DNA of 60,571 nucleotides, the filler included, from Diploschistes diacapsis (taxonomy: Eukaryota), in assembly GCA_023645945.1 (NCBI GenBank). It is 5 parts of 5 records of this genome, joined end to end, with 100 filler letters (N's around TTAATTAATTAA, not from the genome) between each part and the next. Parts side by side here need not be neighbours in the genome. Positions count along the whole stretch, not along the records: positions 7,587 to 37,823 come from JALAIB010000128.1; 4 more parts are not named here. One strand, given 5' to 3'. Both the position numbers and the translations under genes were made by a program. Position 1 is the first letter of the stretch; every line of letters starts with the position of its first letter. The notes beneath the pieces are model-generated. The model searched no databases. It saw only the letters and a list, made by a program, of their open reading frames with translations, and had not been told where the DNA came from. Positions 12,878-23,843 of the stretch are shown here, piece by piece.

Positions 12878-13078
12878 ACGTGTTTCACCACATAACGGAT
12901 CACACCACAAAACGGCTCACTACATTATAATGTAATTACGCTAGATAGTTTTAAGCGAGCTTTTGAGCCACACATAAAATTATTTGTACGAAACTAAATC
13001 TGTTTTCAACTACATTATACGAAGGTGCAGGGATTGTGAGCCGCTTTGTGGGGTAGGCCGTTGTGTGGTGAAACACGT
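12878..13078 (-). mobile_element. MITE family A, copy 2 (201 bp), inverted and sharing a TA with copy 1
   Basis: ACGTGTTTCACCAC...GTGGTGAAACACGT ends with TA flanks; core is the reverse complement of copy 1 core (e.g. gaaggtgcagggattgt). Confidence 0.88.
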
Positions 13079-13571
13079 TATTAATTAAGTTATCAACTCA
13101 ATGATTTAACGCCCATTAATTGTTAATCGTCCATAGCTGGAGTGAGACTGAGTCCTACAACGATTTAGCAGTTTAAAAAGAAAGACTGCAACATCGAGCT
13201 TATGTTTCTAGGTTGGTTGGTGCCTATGGGAATTGCCTCCTTGTCGAGTATGATGCGTGAAAATGAATCGCGGCAGTATCCAAACCCAAACAACAGTCTG
13301 TTGATCAGGTCCGTCAGAGGCGGTCCACTACATTCACGTTTTGGCGTATAAAGCGCTTACACGCAATAGCATACAAACCTGATACATGCTGCTTTGCGCT
13401 TTGCCGTTGAGCCATCAACTTGGCTGTAGCCATCATCTTCAAGCTGCTATCCTTCAGCAAGATCATTCTTGCCGTACCCCGTCTCCTATACAAATCAACA
13501 ATTTCTCCTACTTGACCATAGGCATACAAAACCCAAACCTCGCGAACTCGAGCCTACAGCTGTCTTCGTTC

Positions 13572-13655
13572 GGTCTCTCTTTCTCTCTCCCTCTCTCCCT
13601 CTCTCCCTCTCTTTATTCTCCCCCCGTCTCCCTCCCTCTCTTCTCTCTCTTCTCT
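13572..13655. repeat. CT-rich polypyrimidine low-complexity tract
   Basis: Directly visible. Confidence 0.7.
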
Positions 13656-13694
13656 CGCCGTCTTTCGGCGACCGCTTCCTTGAGTGCGCCCTTC

Positions 13695-14432
13695 ATGTTG
13701 AGGATTGAGCGGGTCAGTGAAGTCGGGACCCCTATTGCCGCGAAAGACGCGACTCACTTCAGCCTGCCTTCTCGTGTCCTCCTCAGGCCAGTTGCCCTGT
13801 CTACCGCCATGGTGGGGGCCTGGACAAACTCGAACCCCATCTCTGCCGAGGCACCCCCGACGGTCCCCGACTCGTCCAGGCATGGCATCGCATGACGGTT
13901 TGGCGGTGTGGTACCTGAACCAGGCGATGCCGCGCGCGATGCGCGACCGGTGGCTATCGAGGTAGGCTTGCTCAAGAAACTCCGCTCCGACGATCCCGGC
14001 CGGCCCGTCGTGAACCTCGTGACTTTCGAAAATCTGGAAGAGGGAGCCTGGCAGCTACGCTGCAAGAACTTTGGATCCACTCAAGCTAAGAGGGACAGGT
14101 TCTGGCTGGGTGTTCCCAGTGTAAAGGTGCTGCCCCTGTCGACGTGGATTGAAGAAGGAGACGGCCCGACGCTGTTGGACGTCCAGGTGATCCATCCGGC
14201 TTTCTCGGCTCTGCTTCTGCGACTTGGCCTGCTGGAAAAGTCCGACTGGATGCAGGCTGCCGGCAATGGCCTATGCAGTCGGTTAAAGATCTTGCGTTCC
14301 GGACAACCCAGCGAGGCCAGCGAGTTGAAGCGCGCCATGTTCGGTTTCCACACCATCGATCATTATTTCGTGGACAGGCATGGCGTGATGGGAACCCCGC
14401 ACCTGTCGGATGTTGTACAGAGGGTAACGTAA
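13695..14432 (+). pseudogene. GC-rich orphan reading frame interrupted by one in-frame TGA (13893-13895)
   Basis: ORFs 13386-13895 and 13908-14432 share a frame; ATG at 13695 follows the CT tract; no family recognised. Confidence 0.3.
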
Positions 14433-15782
14433 GGGTAGGAAGGACATGGAGTAAAGCTCGAGTAGGAACTTGCGGGATGGGAAGGGGGATGGAATAGGTA
14501 AACAGAAGGACGATGGACGGAGCACAGGTGGATGGAATGCTAGGCTGCCTTAGTTTTGTATGCATCAAATTTGACCGGACCATCTACCTGCTGCTTTTTA
14601 TCAGGACTGACAGCCCGTCGCCTGGTCCGGTGAGTGATAAGCTTCGTTTTCGTATACGGAGGCAGCGGCCGAAACTAATGCATGGCGCCAAATGCACCAC
14701 ATTTCTAGGCATCTTTGTTTCGCATCTTGCAGGCCATCCCGATACATTGTTTTAAGTATATCTGAGCCGCTCGTAGCTTGTTTTCAACCCTCTTCCCATC
14801 ATCGCACGCTGCCATTCTCTAATAGGCCGTTCATCCCTCCAGACTTGTTCCATGGCCCCTGTCGCCGTCTCCGCCCTCCGCCTCCCATCTCGGCGCCTTC
14901 CGTCTTCTGACCTCCTAGCGGCAATCATCACACCGCCATCGAGGCCAATGATCTTCTGCATGGCCTGGGGGGGACGCGTCGCCATCAATTGAGTGCCCCA
15001 GCAACGCCTCCGTGGGAGCTCAAGTCGCATGAAATCGTTCCATTGCCGCACAAGTCCGAACCCGTAAAGTCGTCGCAAGGCCGAGCCGAAAAAGCTGCGT
15101 ACCGGCCGGCGAATATAGAGTCGGCGGCCAGAGGAGAAAGCAAAGTATCAGAGAGCGAGGGAAAGAGCTTGAAGGGTCATCCGGCAGACGAATATCGGCC
15201 GAGAGCATGGACTCTTTGGCAAGTAGTGGGTTTCATGGGCAAGACTGCTGCGGCTTTGTTTGCAGTTGCAGGTGCAGGAATACAGCCACGTCAATTGCAG
15301 AGAGCGTGCGGATAATGTCACAAGTTCTCCTACTTGACGGTTGCATACGTTATTCCCATCCATGGTATGGTCGTCTATCGCAAGGGCCCATTGTCCCATA
15401 TATGGACGTGCTACCATCTTCGGGATCCTCGTACCTAATGTGTGCTTACCCTATTGTAAGAAAGTGCAAGACTTCAGCAGCCTCAGCGTTAGGCCGGCGG
15501 TTACTTTTATGCTCCTACCATCGTCCTCTACTTTGAGGTTGCGCGCAGTCTCTATGAAACATGTTTTTGTCCGTAAGCGATTTCGTTATTCAAAAATCAG
15601 ATGATTTGGTGGCTGCTTTACGAGAAGAAATCACCTTCAGATGGCATCGCTTTTGAGCTGCCTTCATAGCTATAAAAATCAGAACCGCGTAGTACATGCA
15701 AAGTAATGAATATTAAGACCAAGCTAACCAGCAAACTGCTTCCACCAAATAGACAGATCTTTCACTTTCATTTGTCGAACAA

Positions 15783-18700
15783 TCAAGAAGCCAGTCGAAG
15801 CCCATCCTCCTCAGCTAGCACATCATCATCGTGGCCACCGTGCAGCTTATTAAGATACTTGTCGAACCGCCCAGCCACGTCAATGACATCTCGAAGATGC
15901 TCATAAGTCAGCGTCCTCCCTTTCCACTGTGCATACTGTCTGGCTGTGGTGATGGCATTGCGAATCTGTCTGCCATTCATCTTCTCGTCCTTCAAGGCAT
16001 CGAGGTTGTCGCGTAGGTCCGCAATGTCAATTGAGTCATCCTTGAAGGAGTCAAGACGGTCGATGAAGTTCTCCCAGATACGTAAACGCTGATATGGCCC
16101 CAGAGCCGGGTAATGAAGCGCCAACTGAATGCGGGACTTGAATGCTTCGTCGAAGGTGCCGACACGATTACTAGTGAGCACAAGAATTCCCTCGTAATAC
16201 TCAAGCATACGCAAGAATACTGACACTAGAGCGTTCCGCTCAAGGTCTTCGAGACTTCGTTGTTCGAGGAACACATCGGCTTCATCTAAAAGCACCACGC
16301 AGTCCCACAGCTTTCCGAGATGAAAGACGGATTCAAGATACTTCTCGACGTCCTCCGCCTTGGTTCCCACATCTCCACAAGTAACTCGATAAAGCGGCTT
16401 CTCACAAATCTCGGCGACGCTTTCTGCCGTCAATGTTTTACCGGTGCCTTGGCTCCCCATTAGGGTCATAATCGTATAACATTAAGAGAGATCAGACGTA
16501 CCTGGACTTCCATGAAGCAGAAGTATGAGACCATTGCCCTTGCCAATAATAAGATCTGTGGAAACTTCAGAAGCTAGCTGCTTCTCTACCAAGGCTCTGA
16601 TTAGATCTTTAGCTTTGCGATCCATGACGACCTTCGAGAATGCTTCCATGTTCCACGTTACGTCGGATATACGATCGACTACCAGGTCATACCATTTTTT
16701 GCGACGTAAATTATAGCCTTTAATATTGCGTGGTAAGAGCAATTCGAACTGCTCGTCTGGCAGCTCGTCTTTAACCATGATATCCGGACCCAACTCATCT
16801 TTCATCGAATTATATGGTTGGCTGCCTTTGTGCAGACTTCGATACGTCTTCATATCGATGACATAGCGTTCCTCGGTCTACTTTATAAGCATAGGGTATC
16901 GAAGAAATGAAGTCGACTTACCGATGATTGTGCATTGTCAGACTCGTTCTCCTGATAGGAAACGAAGCGCCTTTCGCGACATTTCCAGAACATCCGTCCC
17001 CGTTTCCGCAATTTATCAACAACCTCGCTATCCGCATGCCGTAACGGAAAAACCATCAAGTCTTTCACGACGACACTCCTCTTTTGCAATGCTTTGTACA
17101 CGTCTTGGAAGCTTGAGTGTCCGCTGGCTGGAAAATTTTCCACCAAGAACCCGGAACTCTCCTCAGACTGGATGACGAACTGCAAATAATCGAAGCGGCG
17201 TTGAAAGCTGCCGTCAAATTCCCACTGCCAAGCTTCGATACTCCAGGTTTGTAACAGAACCACATCGTTCCCCGTCCTCTCAGAGGCTTCTTTAGAGTAG
17301 TAGAGTGGCAAACGAGCACTTTTCTTCTTCGCCTCGGCTAATGCTCTAGGAACTCGCTCTTGTTTCACTTGTTGTGGCCAGGTGCGAGCAACCCATCCTT
17401 CAAATTCTCCATTGTGGTGCCGGACTACAACGTCGCCTGGCCTGAATAAGCAGTTAACGTACTCAGGTACTATTTGACCTTGCGTTATCAAGGAGTCGGC
17501 AAGGGAATAGTCGGAACCTAGGTTTTGAGCGACGTAGTTTGAAAACATAGACAACTGTTCTCGGGCCAACGTATCCAATCCATTCCGAATGCCATCCAAT
17601 GCGTTGCGATGATGGTACATGAACAGGTATGGTGACTGAATCTCGTGGGAGGTCTTGAAGAACTGCAGCATATCTGCATACTCGTCACGTGATTTTAGAA
17701 CCGCCTCTATTGCCGTGATAAGATGCGGTGCAATAGGTCGAATAGACTCTTTGATTAGTATTGGGCTGTCGGAATTTTTGGAAGCAGCTGACTGTATCGT
17801 CGTATGTTTGTCGGGCTCAACATACGTTTTGTAGACGAGAAACGATATATCTTTATTCTGCTCCAGATAGAGATCAAAATTGTCCACCGGAACACTGCAT
17901 CGTAGTATGCGTGTTTTGTGTTGCCCAACGATACACTCCGGGGGGTCAAAGAATGGCGGACTCAAGGCTGGGATTGGCTTTCTTTGCTTCGTAATTGGTT
18001 GATGCAAGACCCTGTAGAGGGTTTGATACCTTGATGCAGGGCATTTCGAACCTCTAGTTCCTAGAAGCTTCGCTCTTGCTTGTAGACGTCCAATATATTC
18101 CTCGAGCTCTACAACATCCATGTCATCTATAACCTCATGAATGAGCTCTGAGGCACCAGGATCCGGAGCAGGCCGTTTAGTCGATAGTGTGTTTGGGTTG
18201 ATACTAGAAGAGCCCGCTGACTTGAAATTATCCATAGGCTCCATGTTAGTCTCTTTCTGCTCCTGCCTCAGATAATCATCATGTTGTGCCTTTAAATATC
18301 TTTTTGTTTCTAGCAACATTTGCAAATGACAGTCCGGTAGAGCGTGAATATTGCTGGGTACTGCCTGGAGACCAGGAACAAGTGAAACAGTCTTAAAGGG
18401 ATGATCTTTGACGTTCTTACGGTCCCGTAAGGCTAAAAGATTTCGTTCTTCTCTTTTTTCGACCTCACTTTGATCATCAGATATCGTTAGGCGGGTATGA
18501 GAATGGCTTGGCCTGGCCTGAAGCGCTTTATGCTGTATATAGGCTTCTGAAGTTAAGGGAACTGCAGAAGTGAGCTTGGATAAAAGGGGTTCCTTGTCCT
18601 GTTCGCCGCTTGACATCAACTTCTGAGTTCGCGGCTCTACGTCAGGTGCTTTTAGAGTATGTCGCTCAACACCCACACCGGCCTCGCTTTTTGGAGTGTC

Positions 18701-19103
18701 TATGCCCTCATCGCCATCGTTCGAATTTTGATAGATAGAGTATGCCTCCGACTCAGCACGTTCACTGTTTGTCGTTCGAAGGCTTTGTTGCTCGTCTTCT
18801 ATCTGGCTTGTTGTGCCGGCTTTCAAGGAAATGGGGCTAGCACTTCTGCTCCGGAGTTCCGGTGTCAGTGCTGTGCTTCTTAACGACTCCGTGCTCGCTC
18901 TCCTCTCAGAAACTGATGCCAATTAGTAGATTCTTGGTCAAATTGGAATCAAGCTCACGGGAAAACCGATCTGCCTCGACAACAGCTAGAGAAAGAGAAT
19001 CCTCGGAGCTCGGGCTTTCGTGGCCCTCGAGAAAAGCTGTACTATCTTGAATATCCCGCAGTAAAGGCGTAATTATATCGCAGGATGCTCTGGAGGATGC
19101 CAT
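15783..19103 (-). CDS. Fungal AAA+ ATPase with long N-terminal extension (DUF7025-type architecture), 4 exons
   Basis: Walker A LLHGSPG|TGKT split by an intron, Walker B VVLLDEADVFLEQR, RNALVSVFLRMLEYYEGILVLTSNRVGTFDEAFKSRI, NGRQIRN; upstream LFRPGDVVV and RGRMFWKCR; 46-nt intron 18913-18958 joins ATG 19103 in frame. Confidence 0.88.
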
Positions 19104-19291
19104 AGGAGTTGTTAATCCATGGCTTCTAGCATGAAGAGCTTATCGTGATACCGATGAGCAGGTCGCTACCTTTAAATTAGGCGGTGAACTTTACTAGATC
19201 ACAATGCTGTCTGCCTGGTGGCGGTCTTTGCTTGATACTTGCGATTGGTCCGCCTCAGGAGGCATTCCTAAGCCGCATACGCGAGACAGCC

Positions 19292-20700
19292 ATGGCAGCC
19301 TTGCGCTTCCGATAACCTAGCATTCAACGATCGGCAACATTTTATGGCATCGCTGTACTGAGTAGGTAGAAAGAGGGCGTTGAGCGAGAGGCTTGTTTCG
19401 CAACTATCTTGTAATAACTCCAAAGAGAAATCAATGAGTAGTTCAGCCCATCATGACCTCGCGACTGTCGGCATGGTATGGAGGGCAGACTTCCAGCCAC
19501 GGACACCGTCGTTCGTCCTTCGCAAAAGCGCGATATGAGAGAAAACGCGAGAGAGACAGGATTTCTGAATCCCTCATTGCCTTCTCGAAACACGTATCCT
19601 ACTATGGCGAAGTCATGGATGTCATGGCAGAGCACCATCCAGAGTTATGTCTCTCTTGTCCGGGGGTGTAATGAAGTTATTTTACGGGGTAAGCGGCTTT
19701 CGGCAATAAAGTCACGTTCGTCCCAATTTCTGTACTCAACATTTGGAGGCACTCATCGACCACGAGAATACAGTGTCGACGATCGTCAGAGCACTCTGCG
19801 ATACAGCCGACTCGCTTCCTCGAGTGGAGCTTACAACCAGGCCTACGAGGATTGATCAAGGATATCTAGAGGGACTCCCGAAACGTCGCTAGTTATGCTG
19901 TTACAAGTAGTCAAGCTGAGCAAAAGGACATGTTTGCAGAATTTCGCGGGTCCCGTTGCTGTACAGAATTGGCTATCGCGCGAAACTGTGAAGAGCAGCA
20001 CGAAACTATACAGAGGCTGGATGCACTTTCGACCATGATCGTCCAACTACAAGAGAGCATGTTTCTCGAGCAGTCCATGAACGCCAATGCACAAATAGAG
20101 CTCCGCAATACCGTGTCCAATATGCAACTTGTCCAAGCGCTGGATATTATCTCTAACCAATACTCCATCGACCGTGAATCTAATTTTGAGATGTTTATAA
20201 CGTTACGGAAGTTCGCAACTCGGGCTAAGATGGATTCCTCTTTGACGTCACCAAAGCCCAAGGGACTGGGCCGCATCCCCAGACTCGTCCACAGTGTTGG
20301 TAAGAGCGCCATTCAGATAGCGGCGCGAGGCAGAGACTTGTGCAGTAATGCTCTCTTGTGGACCCTGCGAGATCGTGAACAACAATACTCGCTTCCAATG
20401 GTCCTGAAAAGCTTGATCTTACAGGCGCTGAGCCATGACTATTCATCGCACACGGACACTGTTTCCTCCTTCCAGCTGCGCAGATATCTCGTTTCCCAAG
20501 TGGTCGAGAATCATGTCAATCTAGCATTTCCAAAAGGTATACATTACCGCTGATGACGGTGCAATGTCGAGCTGAGCTACGCAGGGTCTCATCGCTAACT
20601 CCCACTTCGGAAGAAACCAGCCTAAACCCCAGTGGTCTAACCCAAGTTGATGAATTTGTTGATACTGACCCGTTGTGCCTGAAAGTAGCTAGCCGCATCA
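19292..20700 (+). pseudogene. Decayed gene of the fungal NACHT/STAND-associated family (DUF7708-like N-terminal helical domain), divergent from the AAA+ gene
   Basis: Frame-broken segments SYYGEVMDVMAEHHPE/YVSLV.G.MK, HENTVSTIVRALCDTADSLPRVEL, LLWTLR..MVLKSLILQAL match the recalled family pattern; stops, frameshifts, apparent deletions; ends approximate. Confidence 0.6.
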
Positions 20701-20824
20701 GGGCTAGGCCAGCATGCCAAGTCTGTTTATCATGTATTTTAATCATGCTAATAACCACCCTCCCGAGATTTTCATAACTTAGTAAATAGACCCAATACAG
20801 TGCGCTGTACAAGATGCACTAATA

Positions 20825-21341
20825 GAGAGGTTTAGCAACCCTGCAATGCGCTCGCTGCGTAAGTCCAGATGTAGCTAGCGCTTTTTTTGGGGCCTTGGCA
20901 ATAGACTAGTCCAAATTAAATAGTATATCAAAATGCAATGCGCCTAGCAATTTCATCTCTTTTAAACATAGTCAAAAAGGTCTGAAATATGATCATTTAT
21001 CTAGATCGTAAAATTGAGGGCCTGGGAACGTAGGGGCAGACGTCTTTGCCTGTTCATTACGTTCTATAGAGGTAAACACCTCGCCGGGCGGCCTTTGGAG
21101 GCGCCGGATAGTCCATTTAAGAGATTTAAAATGGAAATGTCGGTGGAAGGCCGTAAGGCTTTCCTCGACGCTTATCTATATTAGGACTTTCGCAGCGTAG
21201 GCGACGTCTGCGGTCATGTAGGCGGACGCTGCGTTCACTTTCGGCGATACTTCCCAAAGAGGTAAGCAGCTCTCGGCGCCGAGACACGAGCTAAATACAA
21301 TAGGACTTACGCGGTGCATTTACAGGGTTGCTAAACCTCTC
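20825..21341. mobile_element. MITE family B (517 bp), Tc1/mariner-superfamily-like
   Basis: Perfect 19-bp TIR GAGAGGTTTAGCAACCCTG extending imperfectly to ~40 bp (..GCGTAAGTCC); TA on both sides; no ORF. Confidence 0.82.
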
Positions 21342-21371
21342 TAATTGATCAATCCAAAAGGCGATGTGGTA

Positions 21372-21615
21372 GCGTGTTTCACCACACAATCGGAACACAC
21401 CACTAAGCGGAACACAATCCCTGCACCTTCGTAAAGTGTCTTTCGTACAAATAATTTAATGTGTGGTTGTGGGGCTTCGTACGGAACAGGCTTAGCTCAA
21501 AAGCTCGCTTAAAACTTAGAAACTAAACTAAATATGGAAGCGCTCGATCTAGCGCAATTACATTATGATGTAGTGTTCCGCTTAGTGGTGTGTTCCGTTG
21601 TGTGGTGAAACACGT
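21372..21615 (+). mobile_element. MITE family A, copy 3 (244 bp)
   Basis: TA flanks; near-perfect ~43-bp TIRs; core blocks shared with copy 1 (aatccctgcaccttcgtaaa, tttcgtacaaataattt, ctcaaaagctcgcttaaaac). Confidence 0.88.
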
Positions 21616-21617
21616 TA

Positions 21618-22720
21618 GTCTACACGATTCACCAATTTTTGCCCGTTTCCGCTCCACCTACAGTAGGGTGCATCTGCCTGTTTTCGCTCGCGATTTGTGG
21701 TAGATGGTTTCAAGGCCTCATTTGATGCCTGTTGCTCAGATCTCAACTGCTTAAAAGCCTCCATTTGACACCATCGAGCTTCCTTAGCCTCCCTTCGCCT
21801 CGTTTCGCACCGTTCCCGAACCTCTTGAGCCTTAGGCTCCCTATCAAATGGCTTTGGCAAGCTTCTCCTGCTCTTTCTCAAGCCTTTTCTACTCTTCTAA
21901 CTATCCAACTCGGCTTGACGCTGTCGGACATCAGCGATGTTTTATGGCGAATAAAACACGGCCTGACCAGGCTGATGTCCTTGCAATAACCCCATCTTTT
22001 GCCCCGTTAACGACGCTTTTTTTCAATTTTGAGAGCCGCCCAAGGTCCCCCGTTCTCGTGCTCTAGTATATCGTTCTTAATCACCAGTTTCCCGCATGCG
22101 CGGGCGAGCAGAGCCACGTATTCGCTCAGTTGACCCGTAGTCTTTTGGACGCCTTGATCTGGCGTCTCACGGCGCGCACAGACCTCGGAGTCTTCCTTTT
22201 AAGCTCGTCGTCGCTTGAGGGAGGTGAGGGCGTCTTGAAGGTGATCTGGCTAAGAACTATTGAAGGTCATAGGGCTGTATGCCGGCGGAGACGAAAGCGA
22301 AGCGGAGGTTAGACTGAGTAAGCGCTTTTCTCCAAGCGATAACTTATTGATTTCTTGCCCATACGCCCGCTTTAAGACGCTGAAGAATCCGACATCGACT
22401 GGCTGGGTAAGGTGAGAGGAGTGAGGAGGGAGACAGAGGGGAATGATGTTATGATCCTTACCATAGGCATCAAAATCGACCGACAGATGGCTTTCATGTC
22501 CAAACATTCAATTACCACCCTTTGTCCGCGTTCTAGTATGCTTGTCAAAGTGCTTAATCCAATCCAGGTCCGTCTCGTTGTCTGTCCACCTATTGGATGT
22601 TGTTTAACGGCCCATGGGTTGGGAAGATCGCCCTCAGTCCATAAGGCACGGTCGACAAGGCCGAGAGTGGAGGTGCCATTTTCGAAGCATCTTGTTCCAT
22701 GGCGAGCGCTTGATGCGAGA
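21618..22720 (-). mobile_element. Degenerate Fot1/pogo (DDE_1) transposase relic, 5'-truncated
   Basis: WTDNE..LDWIKHFDKHT, GHESHLSVDF...HNIIPLCLPPHSSHLTQPVDVGFFSVLKRAYG, downstream KTP motif and basic coiled tail; frameshifts and deletions. Confidence 0.85.
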
Positions 22721-23843
22721 CGAAAAGCTATTATAAGACGCTGAGCTGGCCTATGCGCCGCGCAGTAGAGCCGCTACTCTTGAACCGAATGGCATAGTCA
22801 CAACTATTGGTGAACAATTCCAGGGTGAGAACCACGCAGCCGACCTTGTTCGCTTGAAAAGGCCTGTAGTAGGCCAAGTAAGGGTCCCGTAATTTTGGAT
22901 ACCAATAGTTTGGCTAGCGACATCTTCGTGCCTTTTCCGTGTATAGGCAGCTGGGAAGGATCTTCTGTTTCCTTTTTGGAAGGAAGATAGGGACAGTGGG
23001 AAATTGGCGAAGCTGTCGGCGTCATTTGGCTAGCCTCGGAGACGTTTGGGGGCGGAATATGTCTTTTCGAGCTTCATGATATATGAGCAGAGAATTTATC
23101 CTCTGTTAACCTCTTGTCTGGTTTCCTTCCGTTCCTCATACCTTCATAGTTACCATCTAATATGTTCCTTCTCTGGGTGCACGCAGCTGTCACCTTATAC
23201 CACGGTCATCTAAAGAGCATCGTACTTACGTTCTGCCGATACTGATTTCCTAGTCACCAGCCTTGGCTTGAGACCGGATCGTAACAATGAATGCAGTAGC
23301 AGTATTCGAAGACCATCACACGTTGCAAACCTGCAATCGCTATGCAAATCAAAAACAAGTGACTGGCGCTTTTCAGCTCCAACAATTGAAAACAAGCCTA
23401 GCACAAAAACAGCTAGTAATCTTGGCTTGATAAAAATAACAAGTGCTGCTGCTTGTTTCTTAACTCCTAACTAGAGGGAGGCGTAATGCGCTCCTTGTTT
23501 TCAAAACATCGCAAACGCTAGCCTAAACGAGGTAGGAAACCTATCCTCGTAAAACAGCAACCTGAGTCTCTGTTTCCGGGAGTCAAAATTGTAAATCCGT
23601 GTTTCCCCAATAATGGCTTCCAGTTCGGATAGATGGCCAGATGTGTGACCTGAACTCAACCTACAAGGTCTCTGCCAGTTGCTATCGAAGCTGTGGCCAA
23701 AACTCTGCTCGGACCCAGATGCAGATATAATGTTGAGAAACAATCGGTCATTATGAGGATCATCTCACAGTCTGTTCATTCAAACCATTTTTACTTGCTC
23801 GACCTTCATAGGCAATCGGCTCTTATTGCTCTCTTCCCTCACT

